Position numbers and translations under genes: made by a program. A model generated the notes under the pieces. It worked only from the letters and a program-made list of their open reading frames with translations, ran no database searches and was not told the origin of the DNA. A stretch of 64,000 bases of DNA from a virus. Where the stretch lies: positions 1-64,000 of IMG/VR virus record IMGVR_UViG_3300013132_000023, one strand, 5' to 3'. The first letter of the stretch is position 1, and each line of letters opens with the position of its first letter. Positions 55,946 to 64,000 of this stretch are shown here, piece after piece.

Positions 55946-57407
55946 CGTTGCTGCTGAAAAGATTTTTTTGGCTGGAGTTGCTAAGTATCCATCCAAGTTT
56001 TTTGAGTTTGTTGAATATCTAGACGAAGAGGATTTTCAGCATGCCGTTACACGCATGACATTTGAGGCCATGCGATCTTTGATTGTAGATAAGGAAACGG
56101 AGACGATTACAAAAGCTAAGCTTGTAGCGGAGGCTAAGGCTCTTGGTCATCAAAACTATTTAGCGGCTACTAAAAACGGCGAGTGGCTTGATGAGCTATT
56201 TGCAGAAGAGATTACGATTCATGAAGTGGACGCTCATTTTTTAGAGGTCAAGCGTCAGTCTCTTAAGGACAAGTACCAAGAGGCTTTCATTGAGTTACGT
56301 GATTATCTTGCTTCAACTGACGATCCGCTTTCAACCATGATTAGTAAGGTTGAAAATGGTATTGTTAACAAGGTGAATATTCTAGACAAGGGCGAGCACG
56401 CCATTGAAGACATGCGTGAGGGGTTTAAGGAGTTCATTGATTCGTTAGCCGATGATCCTGGTCACGTTGGGTTGGATCTTGGTTATCCAATTTGGCAAGA
56501 GCGTATTGGGCATATTCGTAATGGCACAGTTACGTTCATTGTTGGTACTACTGGTAGTGGCAAGTCACAGTTTGGAATGCGTGCGGCTATTACCGCTGCC
56601 CGTAAGGGGCTTCCTGTTTTGTATCTTGATAGCGAATTGAATAAGCAGGATCAGTGGGTTCGTATGGCGGCTATGATTTCTAAGGTGCCGTCTGAGTATG
56701 TTGAGACTGGTTTTTGGCGTTTGTCAGCCGAAGAACTACGTGATCGTGGTGTTACTGACATAAACAAGATTGATGAAATTTTGGCATGTGGTCGTCGCTT
56801 GCGTGATTCGAGGTTGTGGGATCTTATTAAGAACATGCCGATCTACTATCAATCGATTAGTGGACTTAGTGTTCCTGATGTTGTTCCACACATGCGTCGT
56901 TGGCTTTTGACACACGTAAAGCCTGATCGTGATACTCGTGTTCCTCAGTGCTTGATTGTATATGATTACATCAAGCTTGCTATGACCAATGAAATTAGTC
57001 GTGGTATTCTAGCAGAGTGGCAGCAGCATGGTTTGCATGTTGCTAATCTGCACGATTTTATGAACAAATACAATGTGCCATGCATTGCTTTTGGTCAGAC
57101 GAACAACGAAGTTGACGAGGGTATTAAGTGTGTTGCTGGCGGTAAGCGTATCAGCGAGAACGTTGACTCGGTAAGCTACTTTAAGCGAAAGTCAGACCAG
57201 GAGCGTGCTATGGATAGCATGGGTACGCACATGTCTAAGATTTTCAAATCACGTTATGGGCGTGGATTATGGGGTAGTTACATTAACTTTAATGTTAATT
57301 TGAGTTTTGGTGAATTTGTTGAGTTGGATATTGGTAGTGTTCAGCCGCCACAGCAGCAGCAGCAGCAGCAGCAACCACAGGCGGCAGGAGACGATGATGA
57401 CGACTAA
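55938..57407 (+). CDS. dnaB: DnaB-like replicative helicase
   Basis: AEKIFLA N-domain, Walker A GTTGSGKS, YLDSEL, IVYDYI, QTN, KSRYG. Confidence 0.85.
   Translation: MSNVAAEKIFLAGVAKYPSKFFEFVEYLDEEDFQHAVTRMTFEAMRSLIVDKETETITKAKLVAEAKALGHQNYLAATKNGEWLDELFAEEITIHEVDAHFLEVKRQSLKDKYQEAFIELRDYLASTDDPLSTMISKVENGIVNKVNILDKGEHAIEDMREGFKEFIDSLADDPGHVGLDLGYPIWQERIGHIRNGTVTFIVGTTGSGKSQFGMRAAITAARKGLPVLYLDSELNKQDQWVRMAAMISKVPSEYVETGFWRLSAEELRDRGVTDINKIDEILACGRRLRDSRLWDLIKNMPIYYQSISGLSVPDVVPHMRRWLLTHVKPDRDTRVPQCLIVYDYIKLAMTNEISRGILAEWQQHGLHVANLHDFMNKYNVPCIAFGQTNNEVDEGIKCVAGGKRISENVDSVSYFKRKSDQERAMDSMGTHMSKIFKSRYGRGLWGSYINFNVNLSFGEFVELDIGSVQPPQQQQQQQQPQAAGDDDDD
57351..57374 (+). repeat. (CAG)7CAA microsatellite encoding poly-Gln
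   Basis: Directly visible; encodes Q8 in the helicase tail. Confidence 0.95.
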
Positions 57408-58476
57408 CATTCAAGAAGAACAAAAACGCACTCTCCGTAATCATGCGAATCGGCAGATTGCTTATTTGCTAGATAAACTTGGTGTTGAATACCATGATCG
57501 TGGCGATGGATTAATTCAAGCGTGTTGTCCTTGTAAGCAACACGGTGGAGATCGTGATAATCCAACTGCCTGGAGTTGGCGTGTTGATCTTGGTAAGTGG
57601 GTATGTTGGTCACATCATTGTGAAGAATCTCGTGGTAACGATATCTTTGGTTTGATTAGTAGCGTTAAGGGAATCAATTTTCGTGAGACCATAAAGTGGA
57701 TTACGTCCATGCTTGAAGATCGCGAAATTGATCTTACTACAGCCGCTCCTGATCCAGAGAACTTGCATCGCGGAGTTCAGTTGCATATTCACGAACCGCT
57801 GTCCGAAGACAATCTCAAATTCTTACAGCCCGATCCTCAGTATCTTTTGAATCGCGACTTTGATCTTGAGGTTTTACGTAAGTATGAAGCTGGATTATGG
57901 ATTCGCCCTGGAACTTACATGGATGGTCGCGTGGTGTTTCCTGTACGTGATCACGAAGGACACTTAGTTGGTTATACTGGTCGAACCGTACATACTCCTG
58001 AGTATTTTGAAAAGCGTGGAGTTAAGTACATGAAATGGGTTCATGGTCGTCATTACAATAGATGGCCACAGCGTGGTGATATTTTCACAAGCTCTATTTT
58101 GTTCAACTTGTATCGTGCTAAGCATTGTCTTGGGCCAAACAAGCGTATTATCTTGGTAGAAGGACCGCTTGATGGAATGAAGCTGGAAGAAGCCGGTATT
58201 CATAATTGGGTAGCTACTCTCGGTACTAGTTTTTGTCATGCTCATCGTACACTGCTTGTGAAGTATGGAGTGCGTGAACTATACGTTGCCTATGACAATG
58301 ATGACCCAAGTAAGTACGCCAACAAACAAAGTCCCGGCGAGAAGGGCTGGGAACGTTTACAGCGTATTGTTGGAGATCTCTTTGTTATTGAACGAGTAGA
58401 ATTGCCACCCGACTCTGACTGTGGCGACCTTGATGTGTCTACGCTCCAGAACATATTTAAGAACATATCATGTTAA
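57394..58476 (+). CDS. dnaG: DNA primase
   Basis: Zn-binding CPC..H...C.SH.C; RVVFPV...GYTGR; TOPRIM VEGPLD, YDND; start at MMTTN after GGAG. Confidence 0.88.
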   Translation: MMTTNIQEEQKRTLRNHANRQIAYLLDKLGVEYHDRGDGLIQACCPCKQHGGDRDNPTAWSWRVDLGKWVCWSHHCEESRGNDIFGLISSVKGINFRETIKWITSMLEDREIDLTTAAPDPENLHRGVQLHIHEPLSEDNLKFLQPDPQYLLNRDFDLEVLRKYEAGLWIRPGTYMDGRVVFPVRDHEGHLVGYTGRTVHTPEYFEKRGVKYMKWVHGRHYNRWPQRGDIFTSSILFNLYRAKHCLGPNKRIILVEGPLDGMKLEEAGIHNWVATLGTSFCHAHRTLLVKYGVRELYVAYDNDDPSKYANKQSPGEKGWERLQRIVGDLFVIERVELPPDSDCGDLDVSTLQNIFKNISC

Positions 58477-59444
58477 AACTCAAATCAATTTCACCCAGCC
58501 GTATCAAGACATTTGATATGTGCAAGTTTAAGTATTGGTTGACGTATCATACCGACCATAAGCTCAAGTCAAATTGGGGAGCTTCACATGGATCTCTTCT
58601 TCATGATATTTTAGAGAACTATTCTAATGGTAGTGATTTAGATTGGACCGCACGCCTTTATCGTGGTTATGGCGGAAAGCTCGAAACGACAGACAAGTTT
58701 GGCAAGCCAACCGTAATGGAAACGCCACTTGTTTGGGCAAAGCCAGACGAATACACTGATCGCAAGCCTTATTGCGATACTTGTCCATACGCCGATTACA
58801 ATGATGGTGTTTGTTCAATTTCTCTTGCAAGTCTTAAGGAATTACCAGGATGTCCACGCGATCTTTTTGATGGCTCGGTCTCTATGCTTGCCAGTACAAT
58901 TGATCGTTATCAAGACATTTGGAAAAAGACATTACGCAATTCGCAAGGCAATTTGGTTGGAACAGAATACGAGTTTAAGATTACGGTTCCTGGTACAGAG
59001 GTTCCGATGGTTGGCATTATGGATCTAGTAACAGAAGAAGATTCTGATACTGTTCACATTATGGATTACAAAACTGGATCTTGGACACAGACTTACCAAG
59101 AGTGTTGTGATGATATTCAGGTTAAAATGTACTCATTAGCCGCTCGTCGTGAATTCATTGACGACGTTAACAAGAAGGGGTATAAATACAAAAACGTTAT
59201 CTTGACGTTTGATTATTTTACCAAGTCTCCAATTACTCTTGCGTTTACAAAAGAGGAAGACAACGAAACAGAACGATGGGTTCGTAACAAGATTCAGGAG
59301 ATTCAATCGACAGAGTGGATTACGCGTATCGTTAGAAACAATCAGGAGTTTGAAGAACGACGATCCTGGAAGTGTCGTTCTTTGTGTGACACGGGTGTAT
59401 GTAGTCGCGAATGGAAAGGTAAGTTTCAAAATCATGAAGCGTAG
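58470..59444 (+). CDS. PD-(D/E)XK exonuclease (RecB/Cas4-like, Fe-S candidate)
   Basis: SPSRI...C..KYW, G..LH..LE, E...GIMD...DYKTG, Q..MY, C-terminal C...C...C. Confidence 0.85.
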   Translation: MLKLKSISPSRIKTFDMCKFKYWLTYHTDHKLKSNWGASHGSLLHDILENYSNGSDLDWTARLYRGYGGKLETTDKFGKPTVMETPLVWAKPDEYTDRKPYCDTCPYADYNDGVCSISLASLKELPGCPRDLFDGSVSMLASTIDRYQDIWKKTLRNSQGNLVGTEYEFKITVPGTEVPMVGIMDLVTEEDSDTVHIMDYKTGSWTQTYQECCDDIQVKMYSLAARREFIDDVNKKGYKYKNVILTFDYFTKSPITLAFTKEEDNETERWVRNKIQEIQSTEWITRIVRNNQEFEERRSWKCRSLCDTGVCSREWKGKFQNHEA

Positions 59445-60030
59445 GGCACGTATTACCAAAGATTGGATCGACGCATATTTTGATTATGGCGTTGATCGTC
59501 AGAATCGTCGTATCTTTTTGTTTGAAGGAGTAGATGAAGGTTCTATTGGTACGGTTATCAAAGCACTGTATTACATGGACTCCGAGTCAAGTACTCGTCC
59601 AATTGAGCTTTTGATTGGGTCGTTTGGCGGAAGCGAATATGAAATGTTCGCGTTGTATGACATGATTCGTACTTTGCGGTCGCCAATTCATACGACGGCT
59701 ATTGGTAAATGCATGAGTGCTGCTCCACTATTGGTTGCCTGCGGTCAACCGGGAGAACGATTTGCTACTCCAAATACTTGGTTTATGGTTCACCAGTCTT
59801 GGGAAGACTTTGGCCCAAAGCGTACCGACGAGATTCGCAAGGATTTGGCTCACTACGATAAAATGGGTGACCGTTGGTATGACCTTATGGCAAAACATAC
59901 AAATAGGGATGCAAAGTTTTGGCGTAAACATTGCGAGAACGTAGGCGATCATTTTTTTAGTGCATATGATGCACAAAATCTTGGACTAATTGATCACATT
60001 TGGGACGAAAAGGAGGAAGACGATGAGTAA
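59434..60030 (+). CDS. clpP: ClpP-family protease subunit
   Basis: RRIFL, IGSFGG, GKCMSAA (Ser), FMVHQ (His), FSAYDAQNLGLID. Confidence 0.88.
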   Translation: MKRRARITKDWIDAYFDYGVDRQNRRIFLFEGVDEGSIGTVIKALYYMDSESSTRPIELLIGSFGGSEYEMFALYDMIRTLRSPIHTTAIGKCMSAAPLLVACGQPGERFATPNTWFMVHQSWEDFGPKRTDEIRKDLAHYDKMGDRWYDLMAKHTNRDAKFWRKHCENVGDHFFSAYDAQNLGLIDHIWDEKEEDDE

Positions 60031-60724
60031 GCATCGCGTTGTTGTTTGTTGTTGGTTACACGGTCATAAGACAGAATTGTTCATGACGCGTACTCAGGAA
60101 GATTCTCTCAACAAGAAGATTAACAATCTCAAGGCGGTATGTCCGGTTTGTCGAGATCAAGGACTCGGAAACCAGCCCATTTTTTTGCAAGAAGGTGCCT
60201 CTTTGTTCAATCCGTCTAAAGTTTATCGTTGTGAGAAGGGGCACGCGTGTAACATTGGCCCACTTTCAAGAAGCATGTTGCACGTAAGATACGGTCCTAA
60301 TTCAGACGACTTCGTAAATGTCGAAGGAACCATCGATGATTTGCCAGAACTAGTTGACACAAAGGACATTGCGTGTCATCATGTAGGTGCCGATGGTAAG
60401 CCTTGTGATTGTAAGTTATTTCCGGTAGATGACTTTGTACTTACATACGTCCAATCGGCAAGTATCAAGACTACAACGCGTCTTGGTGATCTGTGGGATC
60501 GTGCCGGTGCCCAACCAGTGCGTCCCGCACGCCAAGACAAGGACGGTGAGTTTGTTGAAAGTAGCACGGAGAAAGCTAATCGTGAGCGTCTAAAGCGTAT
60601 GCGTGAACGCAACGTTCCTGTCGCCAAGAGTCCCGGTCGCCGCATCGACAAGCCAACCAATACAACGTACGAACGCCGCTCCAAGGGATCGGTTAACCCA
60701 GATAGACTTCAAGGACCGAAATGA
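60023..60724 (+). CDS. Cys/His-rich putative zinc-binding protein
   Basis: CCWLHGH, CPVC, CEKGH, CHH, CDC; AGGAGG RBS. Confidence 0.65.
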   Translation: MSKHRVVVCCWLHGHKTELFMTRTQEDSLNKKINNLKAVCPVCRDQGLGNQPIFLQEGASLFNPSKVYRCEKGHACNIGPLSRSMLHVRYGPNSDDFVNVEGTIDDLPELVDTKDIACHHVGADGKPCDCKLFPVDDFVLTYVQSASIKTTTRLGDLWDRAGAQPVRPARQDKDGEFVESSTEKANRERLKRMRERNVPVAKSPGRRIDKPTNTTYERRSKGSVNPDRLQGPK

Positions 60725-63700
60725 CCTTTGTACATCTAAATGTACGCTCTAAAGCTTCAATGCTGTATGGATCTGCTGACATTCAAGATCTAGTACAGCG
60801 AGCCAAGACATTGGGACAACCAGCCGTTGCGTTGACAGATTATGGCAACATGTATAATGCAATCCACTTCTATCGGGCTGCCGTAGAAGCTGGGATTAAG
60901 CCGATCATTGGCGTTGATTTGTTCTTTTGCGAAGACGCTAAGGAACAGAAGATTCAACGCATGCGTAACGTATACCACGTAGTTTTGCTTGCCGAGAACG
61001 ATACTGGCATGCAGAATATTGCACGTTTGGTATCTGCTTCTAACTCCGAAGACTATTACTACTACAATCCTCGTATTGATTTTAAGCTATTGGAGCTTTA
61101 CAAGGAGGGTGTTATTTGTCTTACCGGCAGCAGCTTAGATGGTCTTGTGTCGTCTAGTCTGTATGATAAGGTTGGCACGGATGGAGAAGTAATTGAATCT
61201 GCTGCTCTATTTAAGGCAGACGGCATTGTGCGTCGTCTTTTGAAGATCTTTGATGCTAGTCATCTATTCTTGGAAGTTCAGAACACGCATTTGCCACAAC
61301 AGGAAGTTATCAATGGTCGTTTGCGTTCCATTGCTAAAAAGTATGGTTTGCGTACCGTGGCTACTAACAATGTTCACTATGTTGAACCTCATGACGCCGA
61401 AGCACATAAGACTTTGTTAGAAATTGGTGTGGGTCAGTTTAATCGTGCTACGAGTACTGTTTTTACTGCTGAGGAATACTACCTCAAGTCACGTCAGGAC
61501 ATGGAGCGGCTTGGGTTCTTGCCAGAAGAACTAGATTTAACTTTGGAAATCGCCGAGCGTTGCAAGATTAACATTGATCTCAAGAAAAGACGTTTGCCTC
61601 GTTACGAGTTTGTTCCGGCAGGAACCAATGCATCAGAATATCTACGCAAACTGTCAAACGACGGCATGAGGGCTCTTGGTATTAATCCAAAAGCTGGCGA
61701 TAGTTTTGAGACCTATCAGCAACGTCTTGACAGAGAACTAGCTGACATTGAAGAAATGGGATTTGTAGACTATTTCCTCATTGTTCATGATGTTGTATCT
61801 TGGGTACGTAAGCAAGGTGTTTTGTTAGGGCGTGGACGTGGTAGTGCTGGAGGTAGCTTGGTTAGCTATGCCCTGGGGATTACCGAGATTGATCCATTGG
61901 AATATGGTTTGATTTGGGAGCGTTTCTTGAACAAGGGACGTGGTGGCTTGCCCGATATCGACACTGACGTGCCGCGTTCTTATCGTCAAAAAGTGCTTGA
62001 ATACGTTCGCACGCGATTTGGTGAAGGTAATGTCGCACAGCTTGTAACGCTTGGCGGTCTACAGGCTAAGGCAATCTTGAAAGAAGTTTTTAAGGTATAC
62101 GGCATGCCGTTCGATGAGGCCAACAAAATTACGGCACTTGTACCTGCCAAGAATGACGAGCACGTACCCATTACTTTGCAAGAGGCCATTGACACTGTTC
62201 CAGGGCTTAAGGTGTATTACGATAAGTATACACCGTGGTTTAAGATAGCTCTTGCTCTTGAAGGATGTTACAAGAGCACTGGTATTCACGCTGCCGCAGT
62301 TGTGATTTCAGATATTCCATTTGCCCAAAGTCCTTATCCTCTTACGCGTTCTAAAGACGGTGATTTGATTTTTGGATGGGACATGAACACGGTAGACTCT
62401 CTTAGTCTGCTTAAGTTGGATATTCTTGGTCTAACGACCTTGGACGATATTCAGGTTACTATGAATCTTGTTAAGGAACGTCGTGGTATTCGACCTTCTC
62501 GTTCTACAATTCCATTGAATGATCCTGCTACTTGGGCCATGATTGGACAGGGGTTTACTGTTGGTGTTTTTCAAATTGAAAAGCAACTTGGTCGTACGTG
62601 GAGCAAGAATCTCCAGCCTGAGTTAATTGAACAATTAAGTGACCTTGTGTCATTGATTCGTCCCGGTCCTATGGAGTCTAACATGCACACGACATATCGT
62701 GGCGTGAAGATGCAAGGGCAAGCTCCTGCGTATATTCATCCTAAGCTAGAAGCTATTATGGGTGGAACGTTCTCTGCTTTGCTGTATCAAGAGCAGGTTA
62801 TTGAAATCTGCAAACAATTGGCTGGCATGTCATTGATTGATGCTGACAAGGTACGCAAGGCAATGGGCAAAAAGAAGCCAGAAGAAATGAAAAAGTGGAA
62901 AGAACAGTTTGTTAGCGGCTGTTCTGTTAATGGTATTGAAGTTGTAACTGCCGAAGAGATATGGGGCTATATCGAGAAGTTTGCTGGATACGGTTTCAAT
63001 AAGTCGCACGGTGTAGGCTATGCACTTTTGGCTTATGAGACTGCGTACTTCAAAGCAAATTATACTGTTGAGTTTTTGTGTGCCAAGCTTCGTCACGCGG
63101 ATTCTCATCCCGATAAATTTGAACAAATGTCAGCACTTGTATATGATGGCAAGTTGTTTGGCATCGATATCGTACCTCCGCGTCTTAAGCACAAGAACAA
63201 AGACTTCGCTGTAATTGATGATCATAAGATTGCATTTGGACTTAGTGCCCTTAAAGGTGTTGGTCGTGCTGCAATTACAGAGCTAGCTAAGGTTACCGAA
63301 GACACGAAGACTTTTGACGACTTGATTTGGCGTGTACTTACCACTAGTACAAAGATTAACAGTGCAGTAATGTTGGCGTTGATTCGTGCTGGTGCATTCG
63401 ACGATCAACAAGAACATCGCGTTGAGTGTGAAAGACGTTTCAAGCTATTAGAAGCCTTAACAGACAAAGAACGTGAATCGGTTCAAGCTCTTATCCCACA
63501 TCAAGGCGATAAGCCGGATTGGGTTCGTATTATTCGTGCTATAGCTGACGAGACAAAAGTCCAGGTTATTAAAGATCGCTATGGCATAAAGATTCCAAAC
63601 ACTAAACGCCGCGAGGCTATTCGTACTCTCCTGTCAGATTATGACATGGGTGAGATTTTTGATAGCAAAGCACAGCGTATCGCCTGGGAGCAGTTCTATC

Positions 63701-64000
63701 TTGGTATTTCTCTTAGCGGCAGTGAAGCCGATATCTACAAAGCCAAAGATACGTGCATTGATCTAGTTCGCAATGGTGAAGCTGATACCATGTTTGAGAT
63801 TGCTGTTTGCGTAGACGCAGTTCGTCAGATTACTACGAAAAAGGGAGACGCTATGGCTTTTGTTACCGCTCGCGACACAACGTACGTCATGGATAACATC
63901 GTGGTTTTCCCTAAGACGTTTGAAAAATCTAAGCACCTACTTGAAGAAGGTAGCGTCATTAGAATTAAAGGCAAGATGGATGATCGTGGTTCTTTAATTG
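60721..64000 (+). CDS. dnaE: DNA polymerase III alpha subunit, truncated by the window end (absent from ORF track)
   Basis: PHP start MTFVHL...ALTD...GIKPIIG; GRGSAGGSLVSYALGIT.IDP; PDIDTD; GIHAAAVV; LLKLDILGL; YGFNKSH; OB-fold TKKGDAMAF. Confidence 0.95.
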   Translation, partial: MTFVHLNVRSKASMLYGSADIQDLVQRAKTLGQPAVALTDYGNMYNAIHFYRAAVEAGIKPIIGVDLFFCEDAKEQKIQRMRNVYHVVLLAENDTGMQNIARLVSASNSEDYYYYNPRIDFKLLELYKEGVICLTGSSLDGLVSSSLYDKVGTDGEVIESAALFKADGIVRRLLKIFDASHLFLEVQNTHLPQQEVINGRLRSIAKKYGLRTVATNNVHYVEPHDAEAHKTLLEIGVGQFNRATSTVFTAEEYYLKSRQDMERLGFLPEELDLTLEIAERCKINIDLKKRRLPRYEFVPAGTNASEYLRKLSNDGMRALGINPKAGDSFETYQQRLDRELADIEEMGFVDYFLIVHDVVSWVRKQGVLLGRGRGSAGGSLVSYALGITEIDPLEYGLIWERFLNKGRGGLPDIDTDVPRSYRQKVLEYVRTRFGEGNVAQLVTLGGLQAKAILKEVFKVYGMPFDEANKITALVPAKNDEHVPITLQEAIDTVPGLKVYYDKYTPWFKIALALEGCYKSTGIHAAAVVISDIPFAQSPYPLTRSKDGDLIFGWDMNTVDSLSLLKLDILGLTTLDDIQVTMNLVKERRGIRPSRSTIPLNDPATWAMIGQGFTVGVFQIEKQLGRTWSKNLQPELIEQLSDLVSLIRPGPMESNMHTTYRGVKMQGQAPAYIHPKLEAIMGGTFSALLYQEQVIEICKQLAGMSLIDADKVRKAMGKKKPEEMKKWKEQFVSGCSVNGIEVVTAEEIWGYIEKFAGYGFNKSHGVGYALLAYETAYFKANYTVEFLCAKLRHADSHPDKFEQMSALVYDGKLFGIDIVPPRLKHKNKDFAVIDDHKIAFGLSALKGVGRAAITELAKVTEDTKTFDDLIWRVLTTSTKINSAVMLALIRAGAFDDQQEHRVECERRFKLLEALTDKERESVQALIPHQGDKPDWVRIIRAIADETKVQVIKDRYGIKIPNTKRREAIRTLLSDYDMGEIFDSKAQRIAWEQFYLGISLSGSEADIYKAKDTCIDLVRNGEADTMFEIAVCVDAVRQITTKKGDAMAFVTARDTTYVMDNIVVFPKTFEKSKHLLEEGSVIRIKGKMDDRGSLI

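Noticed and set aside
58470-59444. Cas4-like nuclease as a sign of a CRISPR system
   Set aside because: No repeat-spacer array or other cas genes seen; such nucleases are common in phage replication modules.
1-64000. Stop-codon reassignment
   Set aside because: Long genes are intact in the standard code, and TAA, TAG and TGA all end genes at sensible boundaries.
14115-64000. Inteins or introns in terL, recA, dnaB or dnaE
   Set aside because: Lengths are normal, motifs are contiguous, and no intein C...HN boundaries or LAGLIDADG blocks were seen.
1-64000. tRNA, rRNA, integrase, reverse transcriptase/DGR, tail sheath
   Set aside because: None recognised by eye; intergenic gaps are short and mostly explained by promoters, leaders and terminators. 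A covariance-model search was not possible.

Overview
This window is 64 kb of a large tailed dsDNA bacteriophage using the standard genetic code. It is probably a siphovirus: there is a tail tube and a 1731-aa tape measure, and I recognised no sheath. Three transcription blocks are visible. (1) 1-6601 (minus strand) holds small accessory and nucleotide-handling genes (metallophosphoesterase, Pol-beta nucleotidyltransferase, SLOG, cupin, dCMP deaminase) behind a TTGACA-N16-TATAAT promoter. (2) About 6670-53370 is a late region. It has a short leftward arm (metzincin lipoprotein, beta-helix protein) and a long rightward arm: sigma-like factor, two glycosyltransferases, ERCC4 nuclease, terminase, portal, protease/scaffold, decoration, HK97-type capsid, neck, tail tube, chaperones, HNH, tape measure, tail tip and a LamG/PKD fibre. 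(3) 53432-64000 is a replication operon (RecA, Vsr-like nuclease, DnaB, DnaG, Cas4/RecB-like nuclease, ClpP, DnaE, the last truncated by the window edge). Two signals stand out. The first is a recurrent 9-bp motif, TAG(T/A)GTATT, at late-gene boundaries, a candidate promoter for the phage's Cys4-containing sigma-like factor. The second is an excess of Ser-Gly sites in predicted surface-exposed virion proteins, with two late-region glycosyltransferases, suggesting a virion O-glycosylation system. All product calls come from motif recognition by eye; no database searches were run.
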